From Amoebidium appalachense (lineage: Eukaryota > Protista > Ichthyosporea): a stretch of 64,000 nucleotides of DNA. The translations under genes were made by a program, and so were the position numbers. The notes below the pieces were generated by a model. That model had not been told where the DNA came from and searched no databases. It saw only the letters and a list, made by a program, of their open reading frames with translations. Positions 1-12,737 of this stretch are shown piece after piece; positions within the stretch are counted from its first letter, which is position 1; every line of letters begins with the position of its first letter. The stretch covers positions 3,226,231 through 3,290,230 of the forward strand of contig CAVNZM010000009.1 of assembly GCA_963693365.1 (NCBI GenBank). Direction: 5' to 3'.

Positions 1-133
1 TTGCTTTTGAATAGAGGTTTTTTGAATTCGAAGCTTACGTTGGGTCATAAATCGGGTTGGTTTTTGGTCATGTACCGCACGCACCACACACTCACACCGT
101 TACACACACAAACACACACACACACACACACAC

Positions 134-210
<77 letters not shown>

Positions 211-400
211 AACAAAAACACACACCCACACGTGTGCACGCGCGCACGCACACACATACTGTGACTGGCTACACAGACAACATTTACTGTATTAACCACC
301 ACTTGACACATGCCATGCCACAGACATGTACCCCGCCCCCCCCCCCCCCCCCCCCCCCCCCCCGGCCTCTAGTCTACCCCCACTTGCACGCACACCTTCC

Positions 401-431
<31 letters not shown>

Positions 432-663
432 TTCAGTCTACCCCCACTTGCACGCACACCTTCCAACCCCCCCCAAGAATCTGATGGGGGGAGGGGGGCG
501 TCATGACATATGTGCGGAGGATGCCGTGCATTCAGCCTGCATAACACCCATTTTCTTTCCGCATGTAAGCTGTCAGAGAGTGGGCAGGCTAATAATTGCA
601 TGTATATGGCGACACACATGCATGTAGTATGTAAATTTTCAAAAACTTGGATGCGGACTCCGA
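1..663. repeat. Dispersed microsatellite-bearing repeat, copy A (runs off window start)
   Basis: Colinear near-identity with 15018-15672, e.g. TTACGTTGGGTCATAAATCGGGTTGG and GTAAATTTTCAAAAACTTGGATGCGGACTCCGA, with (CA)n and poly-C at the same positions. Confidence 0.85.
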
Positions 664-2448
664 GGCACATACTGAAACAAACCAAGTGATTGTTGAATTA
701 CCTTCTTTTAAATTCTGTTTTGAAGCTGTTGTGTTATGTATTGGGGCTTGTGGGCTTTTTATGATCATCAAAGACAGGTTCAGAAACTTTGGCTTGGTGT
801 TGTAATTACGAAACCACGCTGGTGTTTTTGACCTACAGCTCGCTGATATGTACATTCTTGTTGCTGTTGTTAGCGCAGGCACGCGCGCACACACACAAAA
901 ATAAACACACGTGTCACACGTGTCACACAAGCGCACACACGCACACACGCATGCACGCACGCACGCATGGCCGCACACACGCACGCGCGCGCGCGCACCC
1001 ACACACACACACGCACGCACGCGCGCGCGCGCACACACACACACGACACATTGGCCTTTTTCGTCCGTTAAGCTAATAACGAATTCGAAGAAAAGGGTTC
1101 CGTTTGGTCTTTCAATAACTGCAAGCAGCACTAATGTGTAGTAGCCTACTAATAGGCATCGTGTCCCTTCGGAATCCTCCTCCCCCCCCCCCCCCTCCTC
1201 CTCGCGCCCCCCCCCCTCCCCCCCCCCCCCGCCCCCCCCCCTCCCTCCCCCGGCTCCCCCCCCCCCCTCCCCCCAAACGGCCCCCTTGAGGCCCCTCCCC
1301 TCGGGCCCTCCAACAGGTCTTGGCATTGCTGTTACGCATCCTTTCCGGTCATCATGTTCCCGGCACCTATAGCTCCCTCACTTGAATTGCTCGTTTGCTT
1401 CCGATGCTTTGCTGGACGGTTTAGCGCATGTGAGGTCAAATGCTTCTGTAGTTTACCCACACATGATTATCTCGTATTGCAGCAGGAAACGGATGCTTTC
1501 CCACCTACGCACGATCCAGATGTTTTATGGAGGACAAAAATAAGATCCAACAAAACGAAGCTCGGTACCCTGCTATTCACTCCTGATTCGCTGAATAGTT
1601 GTTAAATGTTAATCCCCTGGATTCTGCAGATGGCGGAAAGGCAGATCTGCTGTCAACTGTTCTGAAGGAAAAGTACTCGGTAAGTGAAACGTATGTTAAC
1701 AATGGCGCTCGTGTGAAGAATCGATGCCCCATCCCATCTCTCTGCGTGTCTATTTCAGCTTGCTTGACCATCATATGATGGAACCTGGTACAATGTGGTG
1801 GAAGATTCACACGTGTATGTATTCTTGACATGGTTCTTTACAAAGAGCAAAAACGGCAAAATATTGCAAGGATACCTCATCTGTACCCACATCCAACCGA
1901 TCGTGAGCAACTAAGAAAGGATGTTCTAAGTTCCCCTAGGCCTTTTCTCCCCTAAGGCTTCTGCACCTGTAATGTATATGCATCCTGGCGCCACTCTTCC
2001 GGAGTTTTACTCTCACAGGCACCCGGCACATGGTTACATAAGCAGCAACACACCTCTGCAGGCACGTGACAAAAGGTCTCCATTATGTGTCCGTGGCACC
2101 CTCGTACGCAATGTGCATCATGTCATAAATTATATTGCAGTACTACATGAACCGACACACAACTTGAAGGGTTCCTGCCTAGAAACACCCGTTGGCAAAC
2201 AAACACAACCATTTACACGCGCAACACTCCCCCCCTCCCCCCCCCCCTAAAAAACACACACAACCACACTGAGTGTCACACACATGCACGCCCGCACGCA
2301 CGCACCCACACACCCACACCCACACACACACACACACACCCACACACACACACACCGTGCATACACACACACACCGTGCACACACACGCACATGCACACA
2401 CACAGGCACACACACACACACACACACACCGTGCACGCACGCACACGC

Positions 2449-2499
<51 letters not shown>

Positions 2500-2754
2500 A
2501 GCTATACGAGGACCTCCGCCGCCAGGCCTCACAGGTGCTCCCCTCCAGACAAATCCTTTTTTGTTAGTAGTTGATATCATGAACATTGTGGCGGTGGTTA
2601 AGAAACTCAAACAACACTCCTTATCTCGTCCATGTTTTTCTCATAGTGGTTGCAAGGAAAGACCTGAAACTTTGCACACGTATGTGTGCACGTGTTTGTG
2701 TGTGATCGTGGTGGTGACGGTGATGATGGTGTGGTGGTGTTTTTTTTTTTTTGT

Positions 2755-2785
<31 letters not shown>

Positions 2786-2940
2786 GGGGGGGGAGGGAGG
2801 GAAGAGGGGGGGGGGGGGGGTTCAAGTTTTTTTTTTTTTTTTTTTTTTTTGGGGGGGGGGGGGGGGGAAGATGAAAGTTGAGGGTATATATGGTGGGACG
2901 GCATTTAATTCTTGTTCTCAGCTCTCCGCTTGGATGTAGA

Positions 2941-2981
<41 letters not shown>

Positions 2982-3232
2982 TCCCCTCCCCTCCGTCCCT
3001 TCGCACCTCCCCCCTGTCACAGGAATGCTTTGTGCCGGGAACTTTTTGCACTAGACTGTATAGAAAGAGGCCACATAGTGGTTACTAACCTCGTTCGAAA
3101 TGGAGTTAAGCCTACTGTTATGGTTTTCTGAATGCTTTTTGGTATTTTTAGTGAAGTGTTTCTCTACGGGTTTTAGCTCTATGCTGAGTGTCACAGCGTC
3201 ACTAGGTCGACTCCACTCTCCCCCCCCCCCCC

Positions 3233-3712
3233 TGTAAACAGTTGGACTAGTTAGGATAAGGCAGAGTACAACTGAATCAAAATAAAGACAGAGAACGGGT
3301 AGAAAGGCACACGCGGCCAGGTTGCTTTTACTATGGGCCGACTCAGTCTGTCTCAGACTTCACTGATGTGATCCCCGTACTGGGACGGCTCTCTTATATA
3401 GCCCCCAGGTTTCGGATCAAGGCCCAGGATTGGTTCATCCGCGGCCAGCGCGGGTGGCAACATGCCATTCGTGATTCTGGTGCGGTCCGAGCCAGTCAGA
3501 CCTTTGTCCTATTTATGCAAACCTCTTATTGGTTCACTTCGTTTATGTGGTATGCAGCTGAAGAACCATATATGGTTCAATTCTTAGGTCAGAGTGAGTC
3601 CTATTGGTGCGGACATAATATTTATGTGATATTCATGACAAAGCACGAATCGTGTGCTAGTAGATCACATTCTTTAGTAAACATGTACAATTCATGTGTA
3701 CAGTTGTTTACA
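3233..3712 (-). repeat. 3' LTR
   Basis: TG...CA termini with 8-bp terminal inverted repeat, adjacent to the PPT. Confidence 0.95.
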
Positions 3713-4179
3713 CTCCCCCCCTTGTTGGGAGCCTGGTGGTGTCGTTAGACAAGCAAACCACCAGGCTGAGAGGCGATAAACAACCTTCAGCGAGAATTCT
3801 CGTGCGCCGACCTGCTGGGCAGAACAGAGCAAGGACGGTTGAATAGAGTTGTGCACGTCTATGAGCACTTCTTCATTTGCCAAAACGTAAATTCATGCAG
3901 CATTCTTCTGTGATTTCATTTTCGTGGCGAAGATTATTGCAGAGTGTGTGCGAATTGTTCGCTTCGTCTCTGTGCTTGGCTTTTCTGTAGAAGTAGTATT
4001 TTTCTTTTTGGGAATTTTTCCTTTTTAGGATACTCCCGCAGATTCGTTTTCAATTGCGAGTAATTTGGTTGTGTGGATGAATGATCATACCAAACATTCG
4101 ATAATGAATATAACTCAAGCCTTAGGTCACTTCGTAGCTCAGGTAGTGGTGGATAGCTTCAAGGCTTAGCCGCTGCTCC

Positions 4180-4370
4180 TTATCCCGGTTCTACCTTAAG
4201 ACTGTAAGCCGAGATACCATGGCCGGAAAAGCCACTTCTTTCATGAACAAAGAGCACTTCTTTCCTTTCAGCTTTAACCCTGCATCATCGGAGCTGGGAA
4301 AAACAGAATAAAAATGCCCAAGTGTTCTTCGTTGGGCGACATAAAGAAATATATCACCCGTCAGAACCAG
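4180..4370 (-). pseudogene. Decayed Ty3/gypsy reverse transcriptase fragment
   Basis: Minus-strand frameshifted translation gives ..GDIFLY.. / ..EEHLG.. / DDAGLKLKGKKCSLFMKEVAF / GHGISAYSLKVEP, matching the YxDD-to-KCxFxxxEVxFLGHxIS stretch of gypsy RT. Confidence 0.75.
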
Positions 4371-6323
4371 TAAAAGCCCGGTTCATAATTCATAAGAAGA
4401 GGGTAGGCAAAGCAAGCCTCCTTCAGAAAACACATGCTTCCATTCGTGAGCAGTTTTCGTATCCCATTTGCCAGCCATTTTCGTTGAGCAGGGGGATTCC
4501 AGGCATAATACATTCTTCTGGAGGCTTGGCCTAAAAAGAAAAGTCGTCGCAGTCGCCCTTTCTTTTGTAAGCAACTTCGTGAGCGCGCTTCGTGTTTTCA
4601 TATCCTCCAGTGCAGGTCTGGATGGTGCCCCATCCTCTGCTTCATTTGTAGGTGGCCCTACTGTAGGTTCTGTTCGTTGTGTGGAATACCAAAACCATTC
4701 GTATTCGTGGAACTGCTTTGTGCTGTGCTTTCTTTCGTGTTGGTGTTCATGAAGTTACCCCGTTCACACACCTACTACTTTCATACATCAGACGTAAGTA
4801 GCTGCCTGGGGGGTATGTGGTTCGTGTTCGTGGCATTCTTCTGTTCCTTCGTGAGAAGAATATTCGTTTTAGCAGAGGTGCCCAATAAGGCAGCTTGTGG
4901 GGTTGTCTCCTGCATGTGCCCATTGGTGGGGTATGCACGTGCTAAATTGTTACAGTGTCATCATATTGCAAGGGAATAACATGGTCACCTCCGTACCAGG
5001 GCCTAGTAGGTACACATGATGGTCCGATGTGTTAGTCAACAACACCTTGCATTCGTATTCGTATTCGTCTTCCACGTCACTTTCTTCAGTAGTGAAGGAG
5101 GGTATTCGTAATTCGAAACTGAAAGGCTTCCAGCCAAAATACTGACACTGTATGCTGGGGTTGTGAGGGAACGGTGCCCATACCACATTCTTTTGTTTTC
5201 TTTATTCTGGTGGGGGTGTGCCGGCAGCAATTTTAATTTGCATGCAGGTATTCCAGGCTTTACAGCATAGTTCGTATGTTATAGTATTTGTACAGTATTG
5301 CCACACACTGGCAGTTACCTGTAAATTCGTACCCCACAGCTTCGTTTGTTTCGCATGCACGAACAAAAGTTCTGCATCGACTTTATTACATGCCTTCTGT
5401 GCACCAAGAGTGCAAATTCGTTGTTGCATGGCACCAGGAAGGGCCATACATGAGCCATATGTTCGTAATGTGTTTAGGCATGCCAGCATACATTCATGCG
5501 CATGTTGTGCATCCTGTGCGCTAAACTATGGGGCATGCTGTATTCGACAACAGCAAGAAATTCGAAGCATGCATGCAAAACTACTTTCACAGCACCTTAT
5601 GTCCTACATGCTATAGGAACAGCGACTATCTTCTTCCTTAAATGCATTCGTGCTGAAAGTGGCCGTGCATCTGGCTTGCGAGTGTGGACGTGCATGCGGT
5701 GGCATGGACACGATGGCAGTGTGCAATAGCGCAATGCACGCAAGGGCAACGGTTTTATTTTCTTCCTAACATAGAGGGGGCTGTGTGCATTGCAACCCAA
5801 GCAGTGTTGTGCATTCGTTCTTTCATTTTCGTATTTCCAATTCATTTTGCTTTCGTTTTTCGTTTTTTGTCGTTTGATAACTTCGTTACTTCGTTTTGTT
5901 TTCGTGTTGCATTCATTTCGTATTTCCTCTATGCAATCGTTTGTCGTTAATTCTTTATTTCATTGCGTATTCGTGATGGTTCGTTTTTCGTTGGTTCATT
6001 GCTTCGTTAGCAATTCTTTATTCGTTTGTTCGTGTATTCGTTGTTTCGTTGTGTATTCGTTTTTCTTCACATTTTTGATGTGTCGTAGCAAAAGAAGTTT
6101 TACATGCTTTCAATTCTTTCCGTGTAGGTGGGCTGGCCACTTCAAACTTGTAGGTGTATATATTCTAAGCCGGACAAGGAAAGATGTGCCTATCATCGGG
6201 GTAAAAAGGATTGTGATCGGCCATGGGAGATTCTTGAGCTGATTGAAAGATGTGAGATTCTTGAACTGATTGAAAGATGTGAGATTCGAAGGATGCGAGA
6301 TTCTTGAACTGCGCGGTCGCCAA

Positions 6324-6803
6324 TGTAAACAGTTGGACTAGTTAGGATAAGGCAGAGTACAACTGAATCAAAATAAAGACAGAGAACGGGTAGAAAGGCA
6401 CACGCGGCCAGGTTGCTTTTACTATGGGCCGACTCAGTCTGTCTCAGACTTCACTGATGTGATCCCCGTACTGGGACGGCTCTCTTATATAGCCCCCAGG
6501 TTTCGGATCAAGGCCCAGGATTGGTTCATCCGCGGCCAGCGCGGGTGGCAACATGCCATTCGTGATTCTGGTGCGGTCCGAGCCAGTCAGACCTTTGTCC
6601 TATTTATGCAAACCTCTTATTGGTTCACTTCGTTTATGTGGTATGCAGCTGAAGAACCATATATGGTTCAATTCTTAGGTCAGAGTGAGTCCTATTGGTG
6701 CGGACATAATATTTATGTGATATTCATGACAAAGCACGAATCGTGTGCTAGTAGATCACATTCTTTAGTAAACATGTACAGTTCATGTGTACAGTTGTTT
6801 ACA
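6324..6803 (-). repeat. 5' LTR
   Basis: Copy of 3233-3712. On - it is followed by a tRNA primer-binding site whose complement ends in GGTCG-CCA (G discriminator, suggesting tRNA-Ser). Confidence 0.95.
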
Positions 6804-6813
6804 CCCCCCCCCC

Positions 6814-6854
<41 letters not shown>

Positions 6855-7650
6855 CGTAACGGGGTGTTTAGGGGGAACATAGAGGTTACATTCTTTGTTT
6901 GCCCTTAACATGCTAGGAAACCGACATAAACAGCTAGTAGAAACGTATTTTTCAAGTTTATATACAAACATGACGAATGAGTGTGAAAACACCCAATAAA
7001 TCCCATTGACAGAAATACATCGACCTCAAAAGTGCATAAGATCCACCGGTGCAAAACTTTCCTGTCAAACATTTCCTGTGACCCCCCCCCCCCCCCCCCC
7101 CCCCCTCCCCCCCCCCCCCCCCCTCCCCTCCCTCCCCCCGCGCGGCCGTTGGAGACGCACACCATTGAACACAAATAAGCACCACACACACACAACACCA
7201 GTGTACCGGGAGTTATTTTTTGTTTGTTTATTTTTGGGGTGGGGAGAGGGAGGGATGGGGGTCCGGGGGAAGGGGGGGAACTTGGGGGGGAAGGGGGGAG
7301 GAGGAGGGGGGGGAAGGGGGAAAGGGGAGTTGAAGGAGGGAATGGGAACAAGGAAAAGAGTCGAACTATTGTTGGGGGGAAGAACACAAGGAATTGGCGT
7401 ATATAAGACTGAGTATTCAATTTTTTTGTGGAGCAACTTAGTGTAAGCACACGATCATCCAAAACTTCTGGAATGAACTGCTAACTTCTTATTTACATTA
7501 GAGAAAAAGACAAAGGCTTCGGAGAAGACCCTTTATAGGGTGGCTCTGCCAGGTACAGGACACGGTACGCGCATATATGTAAAGTGGGTGTGTGTGCGTG
7601 GGTGAGTTGCTAATGTGGTTGCGTGGGTGGGCGTGTGGGTGTGTGTCACG

Positions 7651-7726
<76 letters not shown>

Positions 7727-8527
7727 AATGTGCGTGTGCACTTAGCGAGCTCCTTCGTGTGCGTGGTACTACTATGCATGCACATGTATGGTGAGCGTGC
7801 GTACTTGGGATTCGAGTGAATCCTAACTCTGCAGCTGAGTCCTGGGCTGAAAGTCCTGACTCAGTGGCGGGCAGTTAGCCAGCATTTTGGCGCCAAGAAA
7901 TAAGGGAACCAATTAAATCGCATATTCCAGCACTCACCAATCAGATTTGGACGATCATGACTGATAAGAACCGGGGGGACTCCCCCCCAGGGAGCCTACC
8001 GGAGGGGGGGGGGGGGGGGGGGGGGGGGGACACCATACCTCCCACCGATTTCCCCCTCTAAAAAACGTCCCCCGCAATCGTGAACGCAAACGAACACATG
8101 TACATACATACACAGACACATGCACGGATACGTGCACGCGTGCGCGCGCACACACACACGTTCACTATAACACATAGCCATACACCGGCTCGAACCAGTT
8201 CGCGCATAGCTACCTGGGACGCCTAAGGCAGGGACTAAGTCCGCTAGTGTGTATTTTTACATTCTAGACCAACGCTTAGCAAATGAACGTGTGGTGATGC
8301 GCTCCTTAGGTCACCGTTCATTTTGGTGTAACTAACGTTGGCAGAGCACCCTTGTAAGCTCACTGGTTCTATTCACGCTGCCTGTACACGGTTTTATACA
8401 TTTACCTAACTATAAATACATGGTATACAAGCCCGAGTTTTATTATTAAATTACCACCCCGTGTCATCTACTTCCCCATCTACAACATACACACATGTAC
8501 ACATGCACATGTGCACATACCCCCCCC

Positions 8528-8558
<31 letters not shown>

Positions 8559-8561
8559 ACG

Positions 8562-8615
<54 letters not shown>

Positions 8616-8659
8616 TGATATATATATATATACACACACTGTGATCACACACATAACCA

Positions 8660-9680
8660 TGACACGGTTACACCGAGATCCCCCCACCGTCGTTACACAG
8701 CCCACATGCCCCCGGTGCAGCCAGCACCCGGAGACCACCCACCTCTGGGCCTGCCCGGCCGGGGAGGTCCCCGCCCTGACCACGGCCATCACAGCCTGCA
8801 TCCACAACCTCCTGCACACTCGTCACCCAAACACCCCCACGGCACAGCACCAACATACGGCAGCCACGGTGGTAGACCAATGTGCATGGATAAACTGGAT
8901 AGGAGGCAACGGTGGCCCACCAGACCCCGAAGACATCAAGTGGGTCGAACGGGGATTTTGCCCACGATCGGTGGGTCCACTACTAGCAGCCACCGGCACC
9001 ACCAAGACCACCACCCGGGCCAACTTAGGAAAAATCACAGTAGATCTAGAGTTGCAGTCCTTTTTCTTTTCAAAAATTTGGCACCCACGGAACACAACCC
9101 CCCCCCCCCCCCCCCCCCCCACCCACCCCAAAAACACCACCATATACCCACCACCCGTAGAAAGAAAAGTATGGCTACCCAAAAACCCAAGACACACACA
9201 AATACACCCCCCACACACACCCGGCCAGCCTGTTCTGACTGCCGGAACACACACAGACCCAGTGTGCCTGTAAAACCCACTTTTTAGTTCACAAAAACAT
9301 CGCCACAACATACGTACAACAACCCATAATGCAACCCCCACCACCACCACCACCACACCCCATCATCCCCATAACCACCGTAAATACTATACACAACACT
9401 TATGATATCCCATTACTGTAGATCGACCAATGAGAGCCCTCGGTTAACGTTTATTGCTAGGTTTTAAATGGAAGCGAGGACTGGAGCCTCCTGCCGGTGT
9501 GGCTGGGGTAGTAGCCCTGGGCAAAGTATGTACTTATGGTTAGGTTGTGAAGGATGGTTTAGCTTAGCTGAACTCATCATCCTTAACTAGTGTACTGTCG
9601 GTGCTGTGTGGTAGACGGTAATTTCCCTAGAGGGCCTGAAAAGGCCCTCCGGGAACAAAACGTGTTAAAATAAAAAAACA
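8660..9680 (+). mobile_element. 3' remnant of a non-LTR retrotransposon (C-terminal Cys/His knuckle plus 3' UTR)
   Basis: Translation PTCPRCSQHPETTHLWACP fits the CxxC-(x)n-ETxxHL-xxCP motif of LINE ORF2 C-termini. The region ends in AATAAAAAAA, and its last ~200 bp recur at 12000-12200. Confidence 0.55.
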
Positions 9681-10599
9681 CACACATGCGACACACACAC
9701 ACATGTGTACACGCACACATACATACACATGAGAACACGCACACGCACATACTAAACAAACACACATGCACGCGCGCACGCGCATTAGTACAGATTTCAG
9801 CCTGGACACCTGGCAATCCGATCGCTGGGTATGTACATCATATTGTAGCAAACTCGGGGCAGTAGTAAGCTAGAACACCGAAGACTTTTCCCACTCGTTC
9901 ATTTACCTTTAATTAGATCTATATTTATAGAGTGATCGGGTGTCCCTATGACTCTTCCTTTCTCGTTTATATTGACTCCTTCCATTTATCAGCTCTTTTC
10001 TCTTTTTTTTTCTTTTCTGTCTCTCTCTCTTCCTCCCTCCCAATCCCCCCTCCCCCCCCCCCCCCCCCCCCCCTGGGCCCCCCCTCCCCATTTTCGAACC
10101 CAAATGTATATATGCGCACAAGACAACCAGACACCACCACACACAAAATTACACGGACGTGGCCCGCGAACACAAAGATACAGACACATAAAACACCCAA
10201 AACTCAGCTGGAAATCCGGCCTTAAACATTGTATATCGATCCCTGTAGACTCCGGTCCGACGAATTTGACGAGCACTGCAACTTTTGCTCGAAATCTAGA
10301 GATCAGGTTTTTTGGTCTACAATAAGCCCTTTTCTCTTCCCCCCCTCACCTCCTTCTTTTTTCCCTCCTCCTTCCCCCCTCCCTGCCCCCTCAAACCAAA
10401 AAAAAAAAAAAAAAAAAATAGAAAAATCAGATAACGGTTTCGAAAGATTAAATTGTAATTCTCTATTTGTGCAGATGGCATCACTGGCTTTTTTGTGGAG
10501 TTGATTATCACAGAAAGTCCTCCCCCCCCCCCCCCCCCCCCCCCCCCTATCCCTCTTGTCACTTATAATTTGTTTGCATGACCTTTACGGGTAACTTAA

Positions 10600-11684
10600 G
10601 GGCCTGTTTGGCAGCACCCCAATAATCGTATTCGTATTTAGGCCCTAAATACGATCTACCGTATTTACAAAATTTATCGTGGTATGCGTATTTAGGGCCT
10701 AAATACGGTTGGTGCCTTCCAAACGCTGTCAGGCGTGACTGGTCACATAAAATGTCGATACATGTTCACGAGATCTGATTGGCCCACGGCCATCTAGGGT
10801 GTTTCTAGATGGCCGTGGATTGGCCCTATTCGCACCCATTGATCATCCTTCGGTATTTAGTATTCCATGCATATAGATAGGCTGGTGCAGCTGTAGTCAG
10901 TATTACAGCGAACGGCAAAAACGAGTCACCGACAGTGAGCCTTGCTCTGTTTAACAATAGGTTAGAATGTCTGCTATTGAAGGGATACTGCCAGTAATTG
11001 CGGTGGCTAGCCTTACTAGAGACCTCGTTTTACATCACCAACGTTCGTCCCTGGCATTCCCCACATATCTGAACACATAGTGAGTGTTAAGATTTGTCCT
11101 TGTCTATGCAGTACTCGTGGTGCCTGCATGTCACCGAGTTGTTTGTACATGTACATTTGATTGTTTTTATTAATGCATATATCGGAGTCCAGTATTGTTT
11201 CAATGATTATTATGGCATATATATATATATATACAGTCTGAGCTTGTGATCATGCACCGTGTAGGGTTCCTCGTCCTCTGTCTTACCTGTGCAGCCCAAA
11301 TTCATGTGTCAATTTTAACTGAGCATGTACACAAAATGACGTGTATGACACCGACCTTCTTTTTAACAGTGAATTGTTCACGTGCATGCGCTGGCATGCG
11401 TACTGTAGTAAAAATGTGCCCTCCGCGGCTTTCGCTGTACCATTGGCTAGCTGATAGCCAATTAATGATGCGAAATGCTCTGATTGGCTAATTTACTATA
11501 TCGTATTTACGAAAATCACCTCCGGAGGTGATTTTCGTAAATACGATATAAAAGCGATCCCTATCGTATTTACAAAAAATAAAAGCCCGCGGCGTGTTTG
11601 GCATGCCACGGGATCGTATACGTATTTAGGCCCTAAATACGAATACGATAAAAAACCGTATTTAGCGCGCTACCAAACAGGCCC
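10600..11684. mobile_element. PIF/Harbinger (Tourist-like) MITE
   Basis: TIRs GGGCCTGTTTGG...CCAAACAGGCCC, TAA target-site duplication (10597-10599, 11685-11687), no ORF, repeated subterminal CGTATTTA motifs. Confidence 0.92.
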
Positions 11685-11910
11685 TAAGGAAAGGGGGGGG
11701 GAAGGGGGGGGGGGGGGGTGAGGGGGGGGGGGGGGGTCTTGATTTCAGAACAAAGTTAAAAAAAAAAAGAAAAGGAGTCTATTGTTATGTATGCACTGTG
11801 GCAGGAAGGAAACGGATGTTCACGTGGCAATGGGACAATAAAAAGCAACTACATAACAGCCATGCATGGTCTAGGAATATCAACTGTGAAAGGCACGCCA
11901 AGCTTGCCCC

Positions 11911-11942
<32 letters not shown>

Positions 11943-11999
11943 TCCATATGTGTCCCTCTTGCCACTTTGTCCTAATATTCGTTACCGTGTTAATTAGTA

Positions 12000-12200
12000 G
12001 AGCTACCCACCGGCGAGGCTGGGGTGAATACCCTGGGCTAATTGTGTGCAAATAGTTAGGATCGTTAAGGGTGTGTCAGTTTAGCTAATAGTACCGTAGC
12101 ACCCTAGCTAGAGTACTGTCGGTGCTGGGTGGAAGACGGTAGTTCCCCATGAGGCCCCTGACGGGTCCCTCCGGGAACACAACGGGATAAAACAAAAAAT
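12000..12200 (+). repeat. Second copy of the putative LINE 3' UTR
   Basis: Similar to 9485-9680 (GGCTGGGGT..CCCTGGGC, GTACTGTCGGTGCTG..AGACGGTA, CCCTCCGGGAACA) and ends in an A-rich tail. Confidence 0.7.
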
Positions 12201-12326
12201 GTTAATTAGTAGAGAGGACCCCGGGGGGGGGGGGGGGGGGGGGGGGAGGGGGGGGAGGGGGGCGACGGAGAGGCGGAAGGGTTGGGGGAAGGAGGGGGGG
12301 GGGGGGGGGGGGGGGGGGGAAGGGGG

Positions 12327-12369
<43 letters not shown>

Positions 12370-12377
12370 CTTTGGGG

Positions 12378-12605
12378 GTATCGTGTGCACATGTGCGAGC
12401 ATGTACATTTTTGACCGAAACGAAATCCGATTTTATTAATAGATAGCAATATCATAACCAAGCGGAAGGATACGGATGGTGTGGTCCTCGGACATGTATA
12501 GATGGAAAGAATCAACACCGTAGTAGCACCGTGTCATTCACTATTTTTTTGGTACACATAATAATAAGGCCTGTGCGTGATACACATTGCCATTTAGCGC
12601 ATGTG
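12378..12605. repeat. Dispersed repeat (copy 1 of 2)
   Basis: Similar to 17597-17822 (ATCGTGTGCACA..GCGAGCATGTA, ATAGATAGCAATAT, GAAGGATACGGA, TAGCACCGTG). Both copies follow G-runs. Confidence 0.75.
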
Positions 12606-12737
12606 CATAAGCAATAAATCCACATATAGACCAATTATTTTCACTAGGCTAAACAACCCTCACAGAAACACTCTCTGTATGCCACACCAAACCCCACTAC
12701 CACCTACTAGTACTAGCTAGGCCTAACATGATGGTAA

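Larger units (their letters stand above)
3233..6803 (-). mobile_element. Non-autonomous Ty3/gypsy-type LTR retroelement
   Basis: Two 480-bp direct repeats (3233-3712, 6324-6803) bounded by TGTAAACA...TGTTTACA, one mismatch seen. PBS TGGCGACCGCGCAG (6309-6322, -), [13 protein letters not shown] (3713-3722, -), flanked by C-runs. No long internal ORF. Confidence 0.95.

Noticed and set aside
1599-1915. Possible two-exon coding fragment (LLNVNPLDSADGGKADLL.. / ..YDGTWYNVVEDSH..)
   Set aside because: In-frame TGA just after the acceptor, no start and no recognisable family.
3368-3748. 126-aa ORF duplicated at 6459-6908
   Set aside because: Lies within the LTRs, starts at GTG, and has no recognisable domain.
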